Virus record (IMG/VR): IMGVR_UViG_3300029288_000123
Location: 27,136 to 91,135 of that record
Source of the DNA: a virus
Lineage: Duplodnaviria; Caudoviricetes
Strand: one strand, 5' to 3'
Length of the DNA stretch: 64,000 nt
Within the stretch, counting starts at the first letter, position 1; each line of letters begins with the position of its first letter. The position numbers and the translations under genes were made by a program. Under the pieces are notes generated by a model. The model worked only from the letters and a program-made list of their open reading frames with translations, searched no databases and was not told where the DNA came from. This document shows, piece after piece, positions 52,118 to 62,711 of the stretch.

Positions 52118-52786
52118 TTTTATTCTCCATTTAATTTGAAATTTATATTATTTTTATAAAATTTTATTTACAAACGATATGTTCAATCTAACAAGACCAT
52201 ATATACTTACAGTAATTAGAGAACAGAACATCAAAGCTACAAAAATACTTATAAATCCTATCAACCATAAACGAATATACCTATTACAACGTGAATTATA
52301 GTAATAAGCATATTCTTTAGGTGTATCTATAAAACCCATAGCTTTTAGATAATTAGGAAAACATAAAGCTATTTTTCCAGTTTGATAAGGTAAATAAACC
52401 AATAAAAATATTTCAATCATCTTTAAACTAATAAATAAAACTTCTTTTTTCATTTTCTTTCTACCTATTTTTTTGTTCTTTTTTATATTCTTTTATATGT
52501 ATACTTTCTTCTGTGTATTTAATGTTTAAATATTTCTCTAATGCAGATAATTTTTTAGATAAGAACTCAACATTATTTTGTAGGTATGCTATTTCTCTTT
52601 GTCTACTTTTAAAAGAATCGTCTCTACTGTCACCAGTAAAAAAAGTAGGTGTATTGCCAAAAAACCCATTTTTCCAATCTATTATTAAATCAATTCCTAA
52701 TTCTGTAAGTGCTTCAGTAACTGCTTCACACCATTTTTTATTATATCTCATTTTCTTCTTCCTTTCTTATTAATTTTTATACTATA

Positions 52787-52815
52787 ATTATACCATAAAA
52801 ACTATTAAATGTCAA
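52787..52815 (-). promoter_or_regulatory. sigma70 promoter driving 52751, 52453 and rtcB
   Basis: TTGACA-17 nt-TATAAT with TG extension. Confidence 0.9.
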
Positions 52816-52818
52816 GAA

Positions 52819-53829
52819 CTATTTACTCCTCTCATCAGCCTCTTTAAGCGGACTATCCTCTTCTAAATGATTTAACACTAAATTTTTTACTATATCTTTT
52901 CTGTCACTCGACCATTTTAAATAACTTGCTATTTTTTCTACAAATTCTCCTCCGATAAAATCGTGAGTAACATAATTAGATACAGAACCGTCTTTTTTAT
53001 CTTTTCTCACAAACGGTTTTCCTATATCGTGAAGTAAAGCAGACCACCTGATATTCAAATCTTTTGGGCTATCCTTTACTACTCCCAAAGTATGTTCCCA
53101 TAACTCTAAAGAATGATATGGGCTATTCTGATTATATCCTACCTGTAAAGCAATCTCCGGTAAAATATAATTAAGTAATCTGGTTTTTGCAAAGAAATCT
53201 AACCCAATTTCGGGTTTATCAGTCATAAGTAATTTATCAAGTTCTATTACCCAACGTTCTTTGCTTATAGTTAAAATTTTATAAGCAAGTTGTTTAGCAG
53301 TATCTTCAACAGACTGCTCAACAGTAAATCCTAATTGAGAAGCAAATCTTCCCGCTCTTAACATACGTAAAGCATCTTCTTTAAATCTTGCTTTAGGCAT
53401 ACCCACACATCTAATAATTTTAGCAATTAAATCTGTTTGTCCGGCAAACGGGTCTATGATTTTACCTGAACTATCCATAGCAATAGCATTAATAGTAAAA
53501 TCTCTGCGAGATAAATCCGACTCTAAATCTTTAACAAAATTTACTTCTGGCTTCCTATTATCTTTTTCATATTTTTCTTTTCTAAAAGTAGTAATCTCAA
53601 TTATTTTGTCTTCAACTTTTATTCCTACAGTTCCAAATCTAATTCCTACTTCATAAAGTTTATACCCCGCCTTCTTAAATTTCTTTTGAACTTCATCTGG
53701 AAAAACAGGAGTAGTTAAGTCTATGTCTTTTGGAGTCTGCTCCAAAATAGTATCACGAACACAGCCTCCGACCAAAAACAGTGGACTTACTACTTTTTCT
53801 AATTCTTTAACTATTGATAAATTTATCAT
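52819..53829 (-). CDS. cca: class II CCA-adding tRNA nucleotidyltransferase with HD domain
   Basis: VGGCVRD, DID, RRDFTINA, EDALRMLRA.RF and LLHDIGK motifs. Confidence 0.92.
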   Translation of the reverse strand: MINLSIVKELEKVVSPLFLVGGCVRDTILEQTPKDIDLTTPVFPDEVQKKFKKAGYKLYEVGIRFGTVGIKVEDKIIEITTFRKEKYEKDNRKPEVNFVKDLESDLSRRDFTINAIAMDSSGKIIDPFAGQTDLIAKIIRCVGMPKARFKEDALRMLRAGRFASQLGFTVEQSVEDTAKQLAYKILTISKERWVIELDKLLMTDKPEIGLDFFAKTRLLNYILPEIALQVGYNQNSPYHSLELWEHTLGVVKDSPKDLNIRWSALLHDIGKPFVRKDKKDGSVSNYVTHDFIGGEFVEKIASYLKWSSDRKDIVKNLVLNHLEEDSPLKEADERSK

Positions 53830-54445
53830 TATTTTTATTATCCTCTTTTTTTAATCGCATTTTTTTATTTAAAATTTTTATAAACCTCTTTTTTAATGGT
53901 TTTGCTTTTAATTCTAATCTATTAGCATAAATTTCTTTCATTTTATTGACAGATTGTGTTCCGTGTCTATCATATAAAGTTCGAGGACTTATTCTTTTTT
54001 TATCAATAAAAAATAAAGGGTGTCCATCGGGAAGAACTTTTCCATCAAATATCCAACCAGAAGAATAATATACTTTTCCATTGTGTCCCGCATAGGGGTC
54101 TGAATATGTTACTATTATATCATATATCTTCATTTTTTTAATTTCTTTCATAACCAAACAAGTTAATGAACTCATAGACCATTTATGATTAGGTTTACCT
54201 ACCATACGTGCTAATTCTATCACCTTAATATTTTTATTATTATAATTTTTCTCATAAATCCTAGACCTGCAATTAGTAAAAACTAAACACCCCTCATTAT
54301 GTCCATAAGCAAACAAAATTCCTCTTACACTACCTAAATAATGCCACATATTTAACATTTTATTTGCTTCTTTGTTTGATAACAAATATACAGGAGGAGA
54401 CTTTAATAATCCACTATTTTTATACTGTAATCTCTTATTATTCAT
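53807..54445 (-). CDS. Mom-like (GNAT) DNA modification protein
   Basis: WHYL, ELARM, TYSDP..GH.G.VY..SGW.F.G and K.RF motifs. Confidence 0.7.
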   Translation of the reverse strand: MNNKRLQYKNSGLLKSPPVYLLSNKEANKMLNMWHYLGSVRGILFAYGHNEGCLVFTNCRSRIYEKNYNNKNIKVIELARMVGKPNHKWSMSSLTCLVMKEIKKMKIYDIIVTYSDPYAGHNGKVYYSSGWIFDGKVLPDGHPLFFIDKKRISPRTLYDRHGTQSVNKMKEIYANRLELKAKPLKKRFIKILNKKMRLKKEDNKNNDKFINS

Positions 54446-54718
54446 ATTCCCAATGAATTTCCACAAAAATAAACATAAGATTCTTCAAAATCAGATAAAT
54501 TGCAAGCATCTTGAATATTCTTAACAGTATTTTTTAAAGAACCATTTCTTGTTTCTAAGTAATAATTTTCAGCTTCTCGCCAAGCATCAACTAAAGAATC
54601 ACATAACTTTCTTCTGAAAATTTTATTATGAAAAATTTTTCCTTTCAGTTGATTCATAGTCAGGTCAACCTTTCCAATAATATTATTATTGTCTTTAATA
54701 TAAATAATATCTATATTA

Positions 54719-55378
54719 TTAAATAAAATTTGCATAATAACGCCTCCTAATAAACAATAAGTAATTATTAATTAATATATAGTCTGGTTTATCTGGCAAA
54801 ACAGATTTAGTATTTTCAAAATCTGCAAAAGCAATATTAAACTTATTAACAATAATATCCATACTCTGTTTACCTATATCTAAAAGCTCCTCTCTGTTGT
54901 TTACTTTAACAGTCAAATTTCCTGTTTCTAATAATTCTTTTCCTTGTTGTATTAATCTAAAACAATGTCTTGTATGCTTTTCAAATCTATTTTGTAACCC
55001 TTTATTATAATGACCTTCTTTTTGTAATCTTCTTATTTGAGAAATAGCATAGCCACCATAACTTTTACGGACAATATTACTTAAAAAAGATTTTCTTAAT
55101 TCCCGAAGCATTAATCCTTCTGGGGTTTTAACTTTATATTCTGTTAAAAACAATAATTCTAAAATAGTGGGATTACATTTTTGAGCAAGGTTTAAATATT
55201 TTTCTACTTCGTGATAAGTAATATCAGGATTAGTATTAACAATAGATTCTCTGGGTTTCTTTAATCCCAAGATTTCTTCAGTAGGAGCAACATAAATACC
55301 CAATAAATCTTCATCACTATTTTCCGTGTTTAATCCGTAAGCGTGAGAACCCACAACACCTTGTAAAATAATATTCAT
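54719..55378 (-). CDS. RlaP/YcgL-like Pol-beta nucleotidyltransferase
   Basis: VGSHAYGL....SDED..GIY, NPTILELL and H..RL motifs. Confidence 0.85.
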   Translation of the reverse strand: MNIILQGVVGSHAYGLNTENSDEDLLGIYVAPTEEILGLKKPRESIVNTNPDITYHEVEKYLNLAQKCNPTILELLFLTEYKVKTPEGLMLRELRKSFLSNIVRKSYGGYAISQIRRLQKEGHYNKGLQNRFEKHTRHCFRLIQQGKELLETGNLTVKVNNREELLDIGKQSMDIIVNKFNIAFADFENTKSVLPDKPDYILINNYLLFIRRRYYANFI

Positions 55379-55379
55379 T

Positions 55380-56069
55380 TTAGTCCTCTCTGATATTTAC
55401 AAATTTTTCTATATATGTTCGGTCTTGACTAAAAACAGGGATTTCCTCATCTAATATTGTTCCTTTTAACTCATCTTTGAGAACACAAAATCCTCGCTGT
55501 CTTAAAATAGGAAACTGTTCGAAATCAATATTTTTATCTAACAGCATTTCTCTAATCTCTGAACAACTTACATTTTTTAATTCTTTATGAGAAAACTGTT
55601 CTTGCCCTGCCATTTGAATAGCATTTATAATAGCATTTTGTTGTCTCCATATAAAATAATTACATACATCATCAGCAGGCAAAGAAAACGCCCTACTATC
55701 AAATGATACTCTAGTATTACACAAATCAGAAAAAACACTAGAAGCTAAAGAAGCAGAAATAGACACTATTTTTTGTAAATTATATCCAAACCAAGGCTCT
55801 GTTTGAATTGTTTTATAATCTGTCAATAAAAAACTTATTTCATCTGACTGAGAATAACAAAACTTACACCCCATAATATTTTCTCTCATAAATAAAGAAA
55901 GCTGTTGCATTTTTGAAATAAAATTTACATCATATCCCTTCATAAATAATTTTCTCGTTAAAGTATGAAAACTCCTTCCATCTATTCTTATAATAACTGG
56001 AATTCTGCGAGGTAAAAAATATTTAGAAACATTTTCGTATCGTTTCATTCTATCTTCAATATTCAGCAT
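55380..56069 (-). CDS. Thg1-like tRNA guanylyltransferase / 3'-5' polymerase
   Basis: RIDGRSFH, YSQSDEIS, FDSR and YFIWRQ motifs. Confidence 0.93.
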   Translation of the reverse strand: MLNIEDRMKRYENVSKYFLPRRIPVIIRIDGRSFHTLTRKLFMKGYDVNFISKMQQLSLFMRENIMGCKFCYSQSDEISFLLTDYKTIQTEPWFGYNLQKIVSISASLASSVFSDLCNTRVSFDSRAFSLPADDVCNYFIWRQQNAIINAIQMAGQEQFSHKELKNVSCSEIREMLLDKNIDFEQFPILRQRGFCVLKDELKGTILDEEIPVFSQDRTYIEKFVNIRED

Positions 56070-56529
56070 TATTCCAACCTTTATAAAACAAATTAATTAA
56101 TTTCTTATCTAATAAATCTTCAACAGAATCTACAAAATCCGAAACAAATGCTTTAATAAAAGGATGTTCTTTATATTTTTTTTCTGTCGTAATCATAATA
56201 ATTGGAATATGATGTTCCCATGCCCATGCAAGTTCAGCAACCGTTCCGGTCAAAGGTCTATCTTTACCAAACGTGTTCATATTGACAACAATTAAATCTG
56301 ACCTTATTACACTTTGATAATCCCGATGAATAATTACATTGGGACTACAAGAAGAAGTTAATCCATCAGCGGATATACTTTCTAAATCTTTTCCGTTCAG
56401 AGGGTCTAACCACTCTATAGGATACTTCTGACCTTTATAATTTTCATAAAACTTTCTTATTTTCTTTCGCCACGCAACGCACTGTTCAATAACCTCACCG
56501 TGAATATAACCGGCTAAATAAACTCTCAT
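56056..56529 (-). CDS. nucleoside 2-deoxyribosyltransferase-like (NDT/DNPH1) protein
   Basis: VYLAG, D...V..SD, GT..ELAWA motifs. Confidence 0.75.
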   Translation of the reverse strand: MRVYLAGYIHGEVIEQCVAWRKKIRKFYENYKGQKYPIEWLDPLNGKDLESISADGLTSSCSPNVIIHRDYQSVIRSDLIVVNMNTFGKDRPLTGTVAELAWAWEHHIPIIMITTEKKYKEHPFIKAFVSDFVDSVEDLLDKKLINLFYKGWNNAEY

Positions 56530-56811
56530 TGCTTTCTCCTATCTTATATTTAAACACTTAAAAAAATCTGCTTTTTGCAGTCCCTTTATTAATATGTTTT
56601 TTATTTTATTTGGTAATATTTTTATTGGTTTTGTATGATAATGAACTTCTCCACATTCCTCTCTATGAATAACACATAGCGTTTTTCGAAAAAATATTTG
56701 TTTATCCTTATTGTCTGTATCTACTGCAATAACATATCTCATTTTTATACCCCCTAACACTACCCCATATGGGGAGAGTTTTAATACTCTCTCCCCAAGA
56801 GCGATGACCTG

Positions 56812-57105
56812 CTAAACTTTTAAATTAACTTTCCCTAATCTCACTTCTTCATCATCAACAGCAATATCTACTTCTATTTCTCCTTTTTCATAAATACAAC
56901 CATGCAATCCTAACTTTTCTGCCCACCGTTTAGCATATTCTTTCCCCCCACCTGACCAAATTACCATTACATAACCAAACTTTTGAAATAACTTATACAA
57001 ACCTATAATATCATATCTCGGAGTATCGGGTTCGTGATTTGTATAACCTTCCGACCAAATTAACGTTCCATCTACATCAAACGCTACAATAGGTAACAAG
57101 CTCAT
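56812..57105 (-). CDS. minimal HAD phosphatase
   Basis: AFDVDGTL, IWSGGG and AVDD motifs. Confidence 0.75.
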   Translation of the reverse strand: MSLLPIVAFDVDGTLIWSEGYTNHEPDTPRYDIIGLYKLFQKFGYVMVIWSGGGKEYAKRWAEKLGLHGCIYEKGEIEVDIAVDDEEVRLGKVNLKV

Positions 57106-57117
57106 AATAAATTTATC

Positions 57118-57360
57118 CTATTTGTTATAACAATCAAGTATTGTTTTTTCAATTTCCTGTCGAACATTTACATCAGAAGGAAAAACTGTTTTTCTATATT
57201 TATCTGTTTTGTCTTTAACATCAGGATACCCGACAAACAACCCTTCATTTCCTTCTACAACTTTAAACCCTTTTACTACTAAACCACAAAAATCAATATC
57301 TACAAACGCTTTTACTTTTCCTTCTGCAAGTTTGTTCATCCTAACAATTTTAACTGTCAT
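57118..57360 (-). CDS. spoVG: SpoVG family nucleic-acid-binding protein
   Basis: KAFVDI....VVKGFKVVEG..GLFV.YP......Y...VFP. Confidence 0.85.
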   Translation of the reverse strand: MTVKIVRMNKLAEGKVKAFVDIDFCGLVVKGFKVVEGNEGLFVGYPDVKDKTDKYRKTVFPSDVNVRQEIEKTILDCYNK

Positions 57361-57361
57361 A

Positions 57362-57775
57362 TTAACCCCCTCTTTCTTTTTTTGTTCCGTACTTGTTTAC
57401 CATATAATTCAAACAATTATCTAAAAACTGAAAGGTTAAAGGTGCTTTTTTATCAAGTTGGGCTAATCCCGTTCCCAATCCTGCACTTGGTATTACAACA
57501 TCTTTTCCTAACACTAATTCTGTTTCAATATAAACAAAAATATCTGACATTTTATAAACGTTTCTTAAATAATCCTTATCAGTATAAAAAGATTCTGGTC
57601 TATTATCGGGGCTTTTTTTTGTGGAAACACCTATTGCATTAGGTTCGCCTCTCATTTCTTTTGCTTGTCCGCCAAACCCTTCTTTTTTGTCATTATCACC
57701 AAATACAAAAACCTTATCTTGATTTTTTCTTACATATTCTCTGCTAATAAAATCTTTAAAAATTATTTTTCCTGT
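57362..57775 (-). CDS. conserved phage protein (FVFGDN family)
   Basis: FVFGDN..G.GGQA..RGEPNAIG..TK and GLGTGLA motifs. Confidence 0.65.
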   Translation of the reverse strand, partial: TGKIIFKDFISREYVRKNQDKVFVFGDNDKKEGFGGQAKEMRGEPNAIGVSTKKSPDNRPESFYTDKDYLRNVYKMSDIFVYIETELVLGKDVVIPSAGLGTGLAQLDKKAPLTFQFLDNCLNYMVNKYGTKKERGG

Positions 57776-58737
57776 CATTTTATCACCCCATCGCAAAATT
57801 ACAAACGTGTTTAAACTCTTTTGGTTGATTTATCTGTATTACTTTATTATTTTTTACTATATACCATTCTTGAAATAAACTTAAAGGCATAATTTCATCC
57901 GCTTTAAACTTTTCTATTAACAAATAATAAGAACAACTATCTTCTGAAATAAATTCATAATCTAGTCTAATTTCTTTTCTTGCTTCCTTCAAAGACCGAA
58001 AAAAACCTCGGCACTTATATCCTAATAACAAAAGGCTACTATCACGAATTATATTTCCACTTGTCCCTTTTTTTCTACTGATTAGAGTAACAAAATAAAA
58101 ACTCGGTTTGTTCTTCTTTTTAATTTTTTTACACCTAAATGTTTGGTCAAACGGATTAACCCAAATATTATTTTTCTTTTTTGTCATTTACAACTTCCTT
58201 TAATTGTTTAGTTGTTCTTATCTCATAAACTTTACTTATATCTACTTTATAAAAACCTTTAGGTTTCCAACTCCAATTCCCATACCAAAAAACATACAAC
58301 TCGTCACCTATTCTCTCAAATCTATACTCACCAAACCAAGCATTTAAATTAAGTAAAAACAATACTACAACTACAATCCACCAAAAAACAGTTAAACATT
58401 TATTTATTATTTGCTTTTTCACTGTCTATCTCCTTTGGTTCAAACATAATAATAGTTCCTCTATAATTATCTTTTTTATAAAAACTTATTTTTCCTTCCT
58501 GAAACAGCTCGAACTGTTTTTGTATTCCTTTACTTTTAATAAAATCATCCAAAAGATAATCAGTATATCTACAAAAAGTATAAACTTGTTCATAATCATA
58601 TCCTAAACTTTCTATTTCTAAGCGGACAAAATTATTGTGTTTAGGAATAGCCCCTAACATCCCTCCAATAACTAAAATAGCAAGAAGAACAAGAATTAAA
58701 TCTAACAACTTCATTTATTTTCTCCTTATTAATTGCT

Positions 58738-58814
58738 TGGTGCGGTAGGCGGGATTTGAACCCACAACTCTCTGGTTGGAAGCCAGCAAGTCTGCCAATT
58801 AGACTTACTACCGC
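58738..58814 (-). tRNA. tRNA-Gly(TCC)
   Basis: GCGGTAG/CTACCGC acceptor, D arm AGTC/GACT, loop CTTCCAA, T arm GTGGG-TTCAAAT-CCCGC, ACCA end. Confidence 0.92.
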
Positions 58815-59306
58815 TTTTTTATTTCCTTACATCATCCAATTTAAACATCCTTTCGGGTTAGAACAAAACCCCCAAATATGACCGTTAGTATTAAATTTTA
58901 TCATTGTTAAATTACCACCGCATTTGGGACATATTGTATATTCTGTTTCTACGAGTTGAACATCTGCACTATCATTACTCGGATGTTTTTTGTTCATAAT
59001 TTTAATTGCCTTAGTCACATAATCTTGGTCTTGCAACTCTTTCTTCGTAGCTATTCTTCTCATTTCATTTCCTTTCATACTTTTCAAGGTAGTAAAAAAG
59101 AAATAAACACACTTGCGTCTATAACTCCCAATATTTCAGCATCGCAATTATCACATCTCAAAGCATCATCTTTACCCAAGTAAGAAGGCTCACTGAGCGT
59201 GTGCCCACATAAACAGCAATAGTAATCATGTATTCTCTTATACGCCATAGTTTTTCTGGTTATCATTTATTCCTCCTTTAGTTAACATTTTTGTTAATTT
59301 TTAAAT

Positions 59307-59335
59307 ATTGTATCACAGTTAAAAACAAAAGTCAA
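59307..59335 (-). promoter_or_regulatory. sigma70 promoter
   Basis: TTGACT-17 nt-TACAAT with TG extension. Confidence 0.75.
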
Positions 59336-59958
59336 GAATTATTTTTCTGACTTTTCAGCCATCTCCACATTTCTCTTAAAATTTCATTGATAGTTACAGG
59401 ATAAAAATTCCAAACATCCAGTCCCACATTAACTATAGGAATATCATCTACTAATTTAAATTTCCACTTTTCGTGAACATGACCGCACAAAACCAAATTA
59501 CAAAATTCGGGTATCTCTTCTTTTCTTTCCGGTGGTCTGTGTTGAACAAAAATAGAATTTCCTCCTGTTTCCAATACCGCACATTCTATAATAGCTTTAA
59601 CACCATTATGAGAATCGTGATTACCTCGTATAAACACTATATTACCATTTAACTGGTTTTTATAATAATCCGCTCTATTACAAGTTCCTTCACCGGCTTT
59701 TCCGCCTATCGAGTTTTTAAAACAAAAATCTCCAAGAAAATAAACTGTATCTTTTTCATTAACTCTTTCATTCCACTGTCTTATAATAGTATCATCCTGT
59801 TTTTTTAAAGATTCAAAACTAATAATCAAGTTTTTCATTTCTTCGGGATTATCTCTAATAACTATATCCCTTTCTTCCATATTCATAAATCTATACCTTT
59901 TACAGTATTTTAGTATATTGGCATGTCCAAAATGAGAATCGCTGGTAAAAAAATTCAT
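59332..59958 (-). CDS. calcineurin-like metallophosphoesterase
   Basis: SDSHFGH, LGDF, GNHD, GHVH and NVG.D motifs. Confidence 0.9.
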   Translation of the reverse strand: MNFFTSDSHFGHANILKYCKRYRFMNMEERDIVIRDNPEEMKNLIISFESLKKQDDTIIRQWNERVNEKDTVYFLGDFCFKNSIGGKAGEGTCNRADYYKNQLNGNIVFIRGNHDSHNGVKAIIECAVLETGGNSIFVQHRPPERKEEIPEFCNLVLCGHVHEKWKFKLVDDIPIVNVGLDVWNFYPVTINEILREMWRWLKSQKNNS

Positions 59959-60269
59959 AATATTTTACTTTTCCTTTGCTGATAAATAGTTTATATACTG
60001 CCCTATCAAAAATTACTGTTTTTTAGTTTCGAGCATTATATGATTTTTAAATTCGTATTTCTGAGAAGTATCAACTTTATAGTATCCTTCTTTTAACGGA
60101 TAATGCCATTTCACATAAATATTATTTCCAACTTGCTCAAAATTTACATCCCCAACTTCTGTATTATAATAACAACCAATCGTAAATATAAATCCTATCA
60201 CTATACCTATTAGTATTCCAGCAGAAAAATAAGCACCGGTATTCATTTCCTCACTCTCCTTTCATACTG

Positions 60270-60842
60270 TTATTTTACTGGAAGCAAATCTATATCATTT
60301 TCTACTTCATTCCCCCATACATCCCAATTTCCACCAAATAAAGTATGTCTTTTATTTCTTGCAAATAATTCAAGTTTACTTGTGTTGGGGTATAATCTTT
60401 CTATTATCTGATATGCAATTTCTGGCTTCTGACTATGTTTTTTAACTTGTTCCGTAAACACAGAATGTATTTTACCCCTCTCATTTTTTGCTACTGGTAT
60501 GAGTTTTTGTTTATAAAACCATAATAAATATTCGTGTCCAAATCTAATTGTAAAAGCCGCCGGTATTCCAGTTACTTTATTCCAAATCATTCTGGCGTGT
60601 AATTTATAATCTAAATCTTCCATAATTTTTTCAGCATTCCATAATGTTTTATCAATTACCCATAAAAAGAAACAATGATTTTTTTCTCCCAATAAAGAGG
60701 CTTTGTAAATTATTTCTTTTATATCTTCCAATTCCATTATTGGATAATCTAGTTTCTTGCCAGAGGAATGTGGTCGAACATTCTTTTTTCCACCCTTTGC
60801 CTGTTTCCACGGGGGGTCAGCAAGAATAATTTGATACTTCAC
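60270..60842 (-). CDS. MT-A70 family N6-adenine methyltransferase
   Basis: ADPPW, FLW, HSQKP, LELFAR and WGNE motifs. Confidence 0.92.
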   Translation of the reverse strand: MKYQIILADPPWKQAKGGKKNVRPHSSGKKLDYPIMELEDIKEIIYKASLLGEKNHCFFLWVIDKTLWNAEKIMEDLDYKLHARMIWNKVTGIPAAFTIRFGHEYLLWFYKQKLIPVAKNERGKIHSVFTEQVKKHSQKPEIAYQIIERLYPNTSKLELFARNKRHTLFGGNWDVWGNEVENDIDLLPVK

Positions 60843-60845
60843 CCC

Positions 60846-62702
60846 TCACTCTCCTTCCTTAAACACCCTGTCAAGGGCTTCTGTGTCTTTGTCGTGGCAA
60901 ACATCAAATCCTGTATCATATCCATTGTCTCCATCGTCATAATGTTGAATTGTGCCTTTCTTTTTTGGTCTCTCGTTCTCTATATCTTTTCGGAGGGAGG
61001 CGAGTTTCTGCTTTAATTCGTCCCTCTCTTTGATAGCCGAGATAGCATCAACGATGGCTTTTTTCTGTTCCTGCAATAACTTCATATCAGAATTATCCGA
61101 ATTGGCATAATCTAATAAAATTTCCAACACCTCAACCGTCTTGCTCACTCTTTTCTCTCCTTCTTGGTTACTTTCCAGTTATACTCTGGTAGACCACCGC
61201 CGTGTGTAGCACTAAAAGCACACATACCATTTGCTCTTTGTAACCATTTTTCAGCTTGTTCTCCTTCAAGAGTATGGATTTCATCTTCGTATTCAAAAGT
61301 TACTTTTAGTATCTTGCTCATCGTTCACCTCCTATATCCAAGAGCATAGTAAATTACATAAAACCAACTAAAAATACCGTGAAGAATACACCACAAAATA
61401 GAATGATTTACACTCCAAGAAATCGTTACCGCTATCGCACAACCTAACCCAATTCCCGTGCTTGTCGCTGTACTTGATTTGCTCATTCTTCACCCCCCTA
61501 TAATCACCGACTCTGTCGCCGGTATCTTTTTTGGTTTACTATTTAAATAATCTGTAAGTTCAGTGAGAGCTGTTTTGCATCTCTGGTAATATCCGTCGGC
61601 TTTTTCTAGGGAAGAAAAAGAGCGTTCGACAATTTCATTATCCCTTGTTTTGTCCCCACCCCTTAGATAAATTGTACAATAACTTAATTCAGGAAAGTCG
61701 TCGCTGCAAACACTCATCCCTGTTCTCTGAGATTTAAACTCAAACCCCCCTCTCTTAATCTTATTGTCGTCTTGTTCAAGGACTTGAAAATAAACTGTCC
61801 TTCCTTTTCTCCATAACTTAGCTTTTAGTATTGGTTTCTTTTTCATTTATTCACCTCTTTTTCTTTATTTACTTTTATACTTATTCCTGACAGTAATATC
61901 CTTTTGCCTGTGTGTAAAAACTTTTTATAAAAATCTATTTTATTTTTTGTTTGCCTCGACAGGCTACGCAAAATTCTATCCGCATATTCTCTTCCTAATT
62001 CATAATGGTTTCTATCTTCATGCCACCGTCGAGATAACACCATTTTTATAATTGGTATTCCTCTTCTAATAACTTTTCCTGTGTGATTTGAAGAACAGTC
62101 AACAATAATACATTCTTCTTCTTTTGCAAGGTTGTATAGTAAACTATCCGATAACCCATAAAACAACCTATCAAAGGAATGTGTTTCTAAATGTGAAGAT
62201 TGTATGCGTATTATTTCCCCTTTATATTTATTTTGTAATAGCCCAGCAGAAAGATTTATAAAATATTTCATCCCCTCACCACACTTTCTATGATTGCGTC
62301 GGCAAGCTCTCTGTATTCTTTTTTAAAAGTATCGGAATAAATCTCCCACGATTTTTTAAGGCTTGTTTGTGTATCTGTATCATTTGCAACACGGGTTTTC
62401 CATAATACAAACGCCAACCTCTCCCTGTCCAGTTTTGAGGCAAGGGCAAGTAGACACCGTGCTCTCATACTCTCTTGTCCCGCATCGTAAGCCCTATATA
62501 CATCTGCGTTCTCGCTACCGTAGGTATGGGCTTTCTCAACCTCTGGCAACGTTCCATTAACTGCCTTAATTCGAGAGGCAAGAGATATGAAGTAGTCGAG
62601 GGCTTTTTCGCATTCTTCCACTTTCTGACAAGTTATTACATCACTAATCACATCATAAAGATTTGACAACACCTCAGCGTGTTTCTTAATCTCGCTCATC
62701 AT
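60846..62702 (-). other. small hypothetical early genes (60846-61148, 61145-61321, 61490-61846, 61843-62271, 62268-62702)
   Basis: Overlapping start/stop codons and SDs. Confidence 0.6.
61325..61486 (-). CDS. small conserved membrane protein (53 aa, not in the ORF track)
   Basis: Translated by hand: GIGLGCAIAVTISWSVNHSILWCILHGIFSWFYVIYY. Confidence 0.65.
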   Translation of the reverse strand: MSKSSTATSTGIGLGCAIAVTISWSVNHSILWCILHGIFSWFYVIYYALGYRR

Positions 62703-62711
62703 CTCCCCCTC

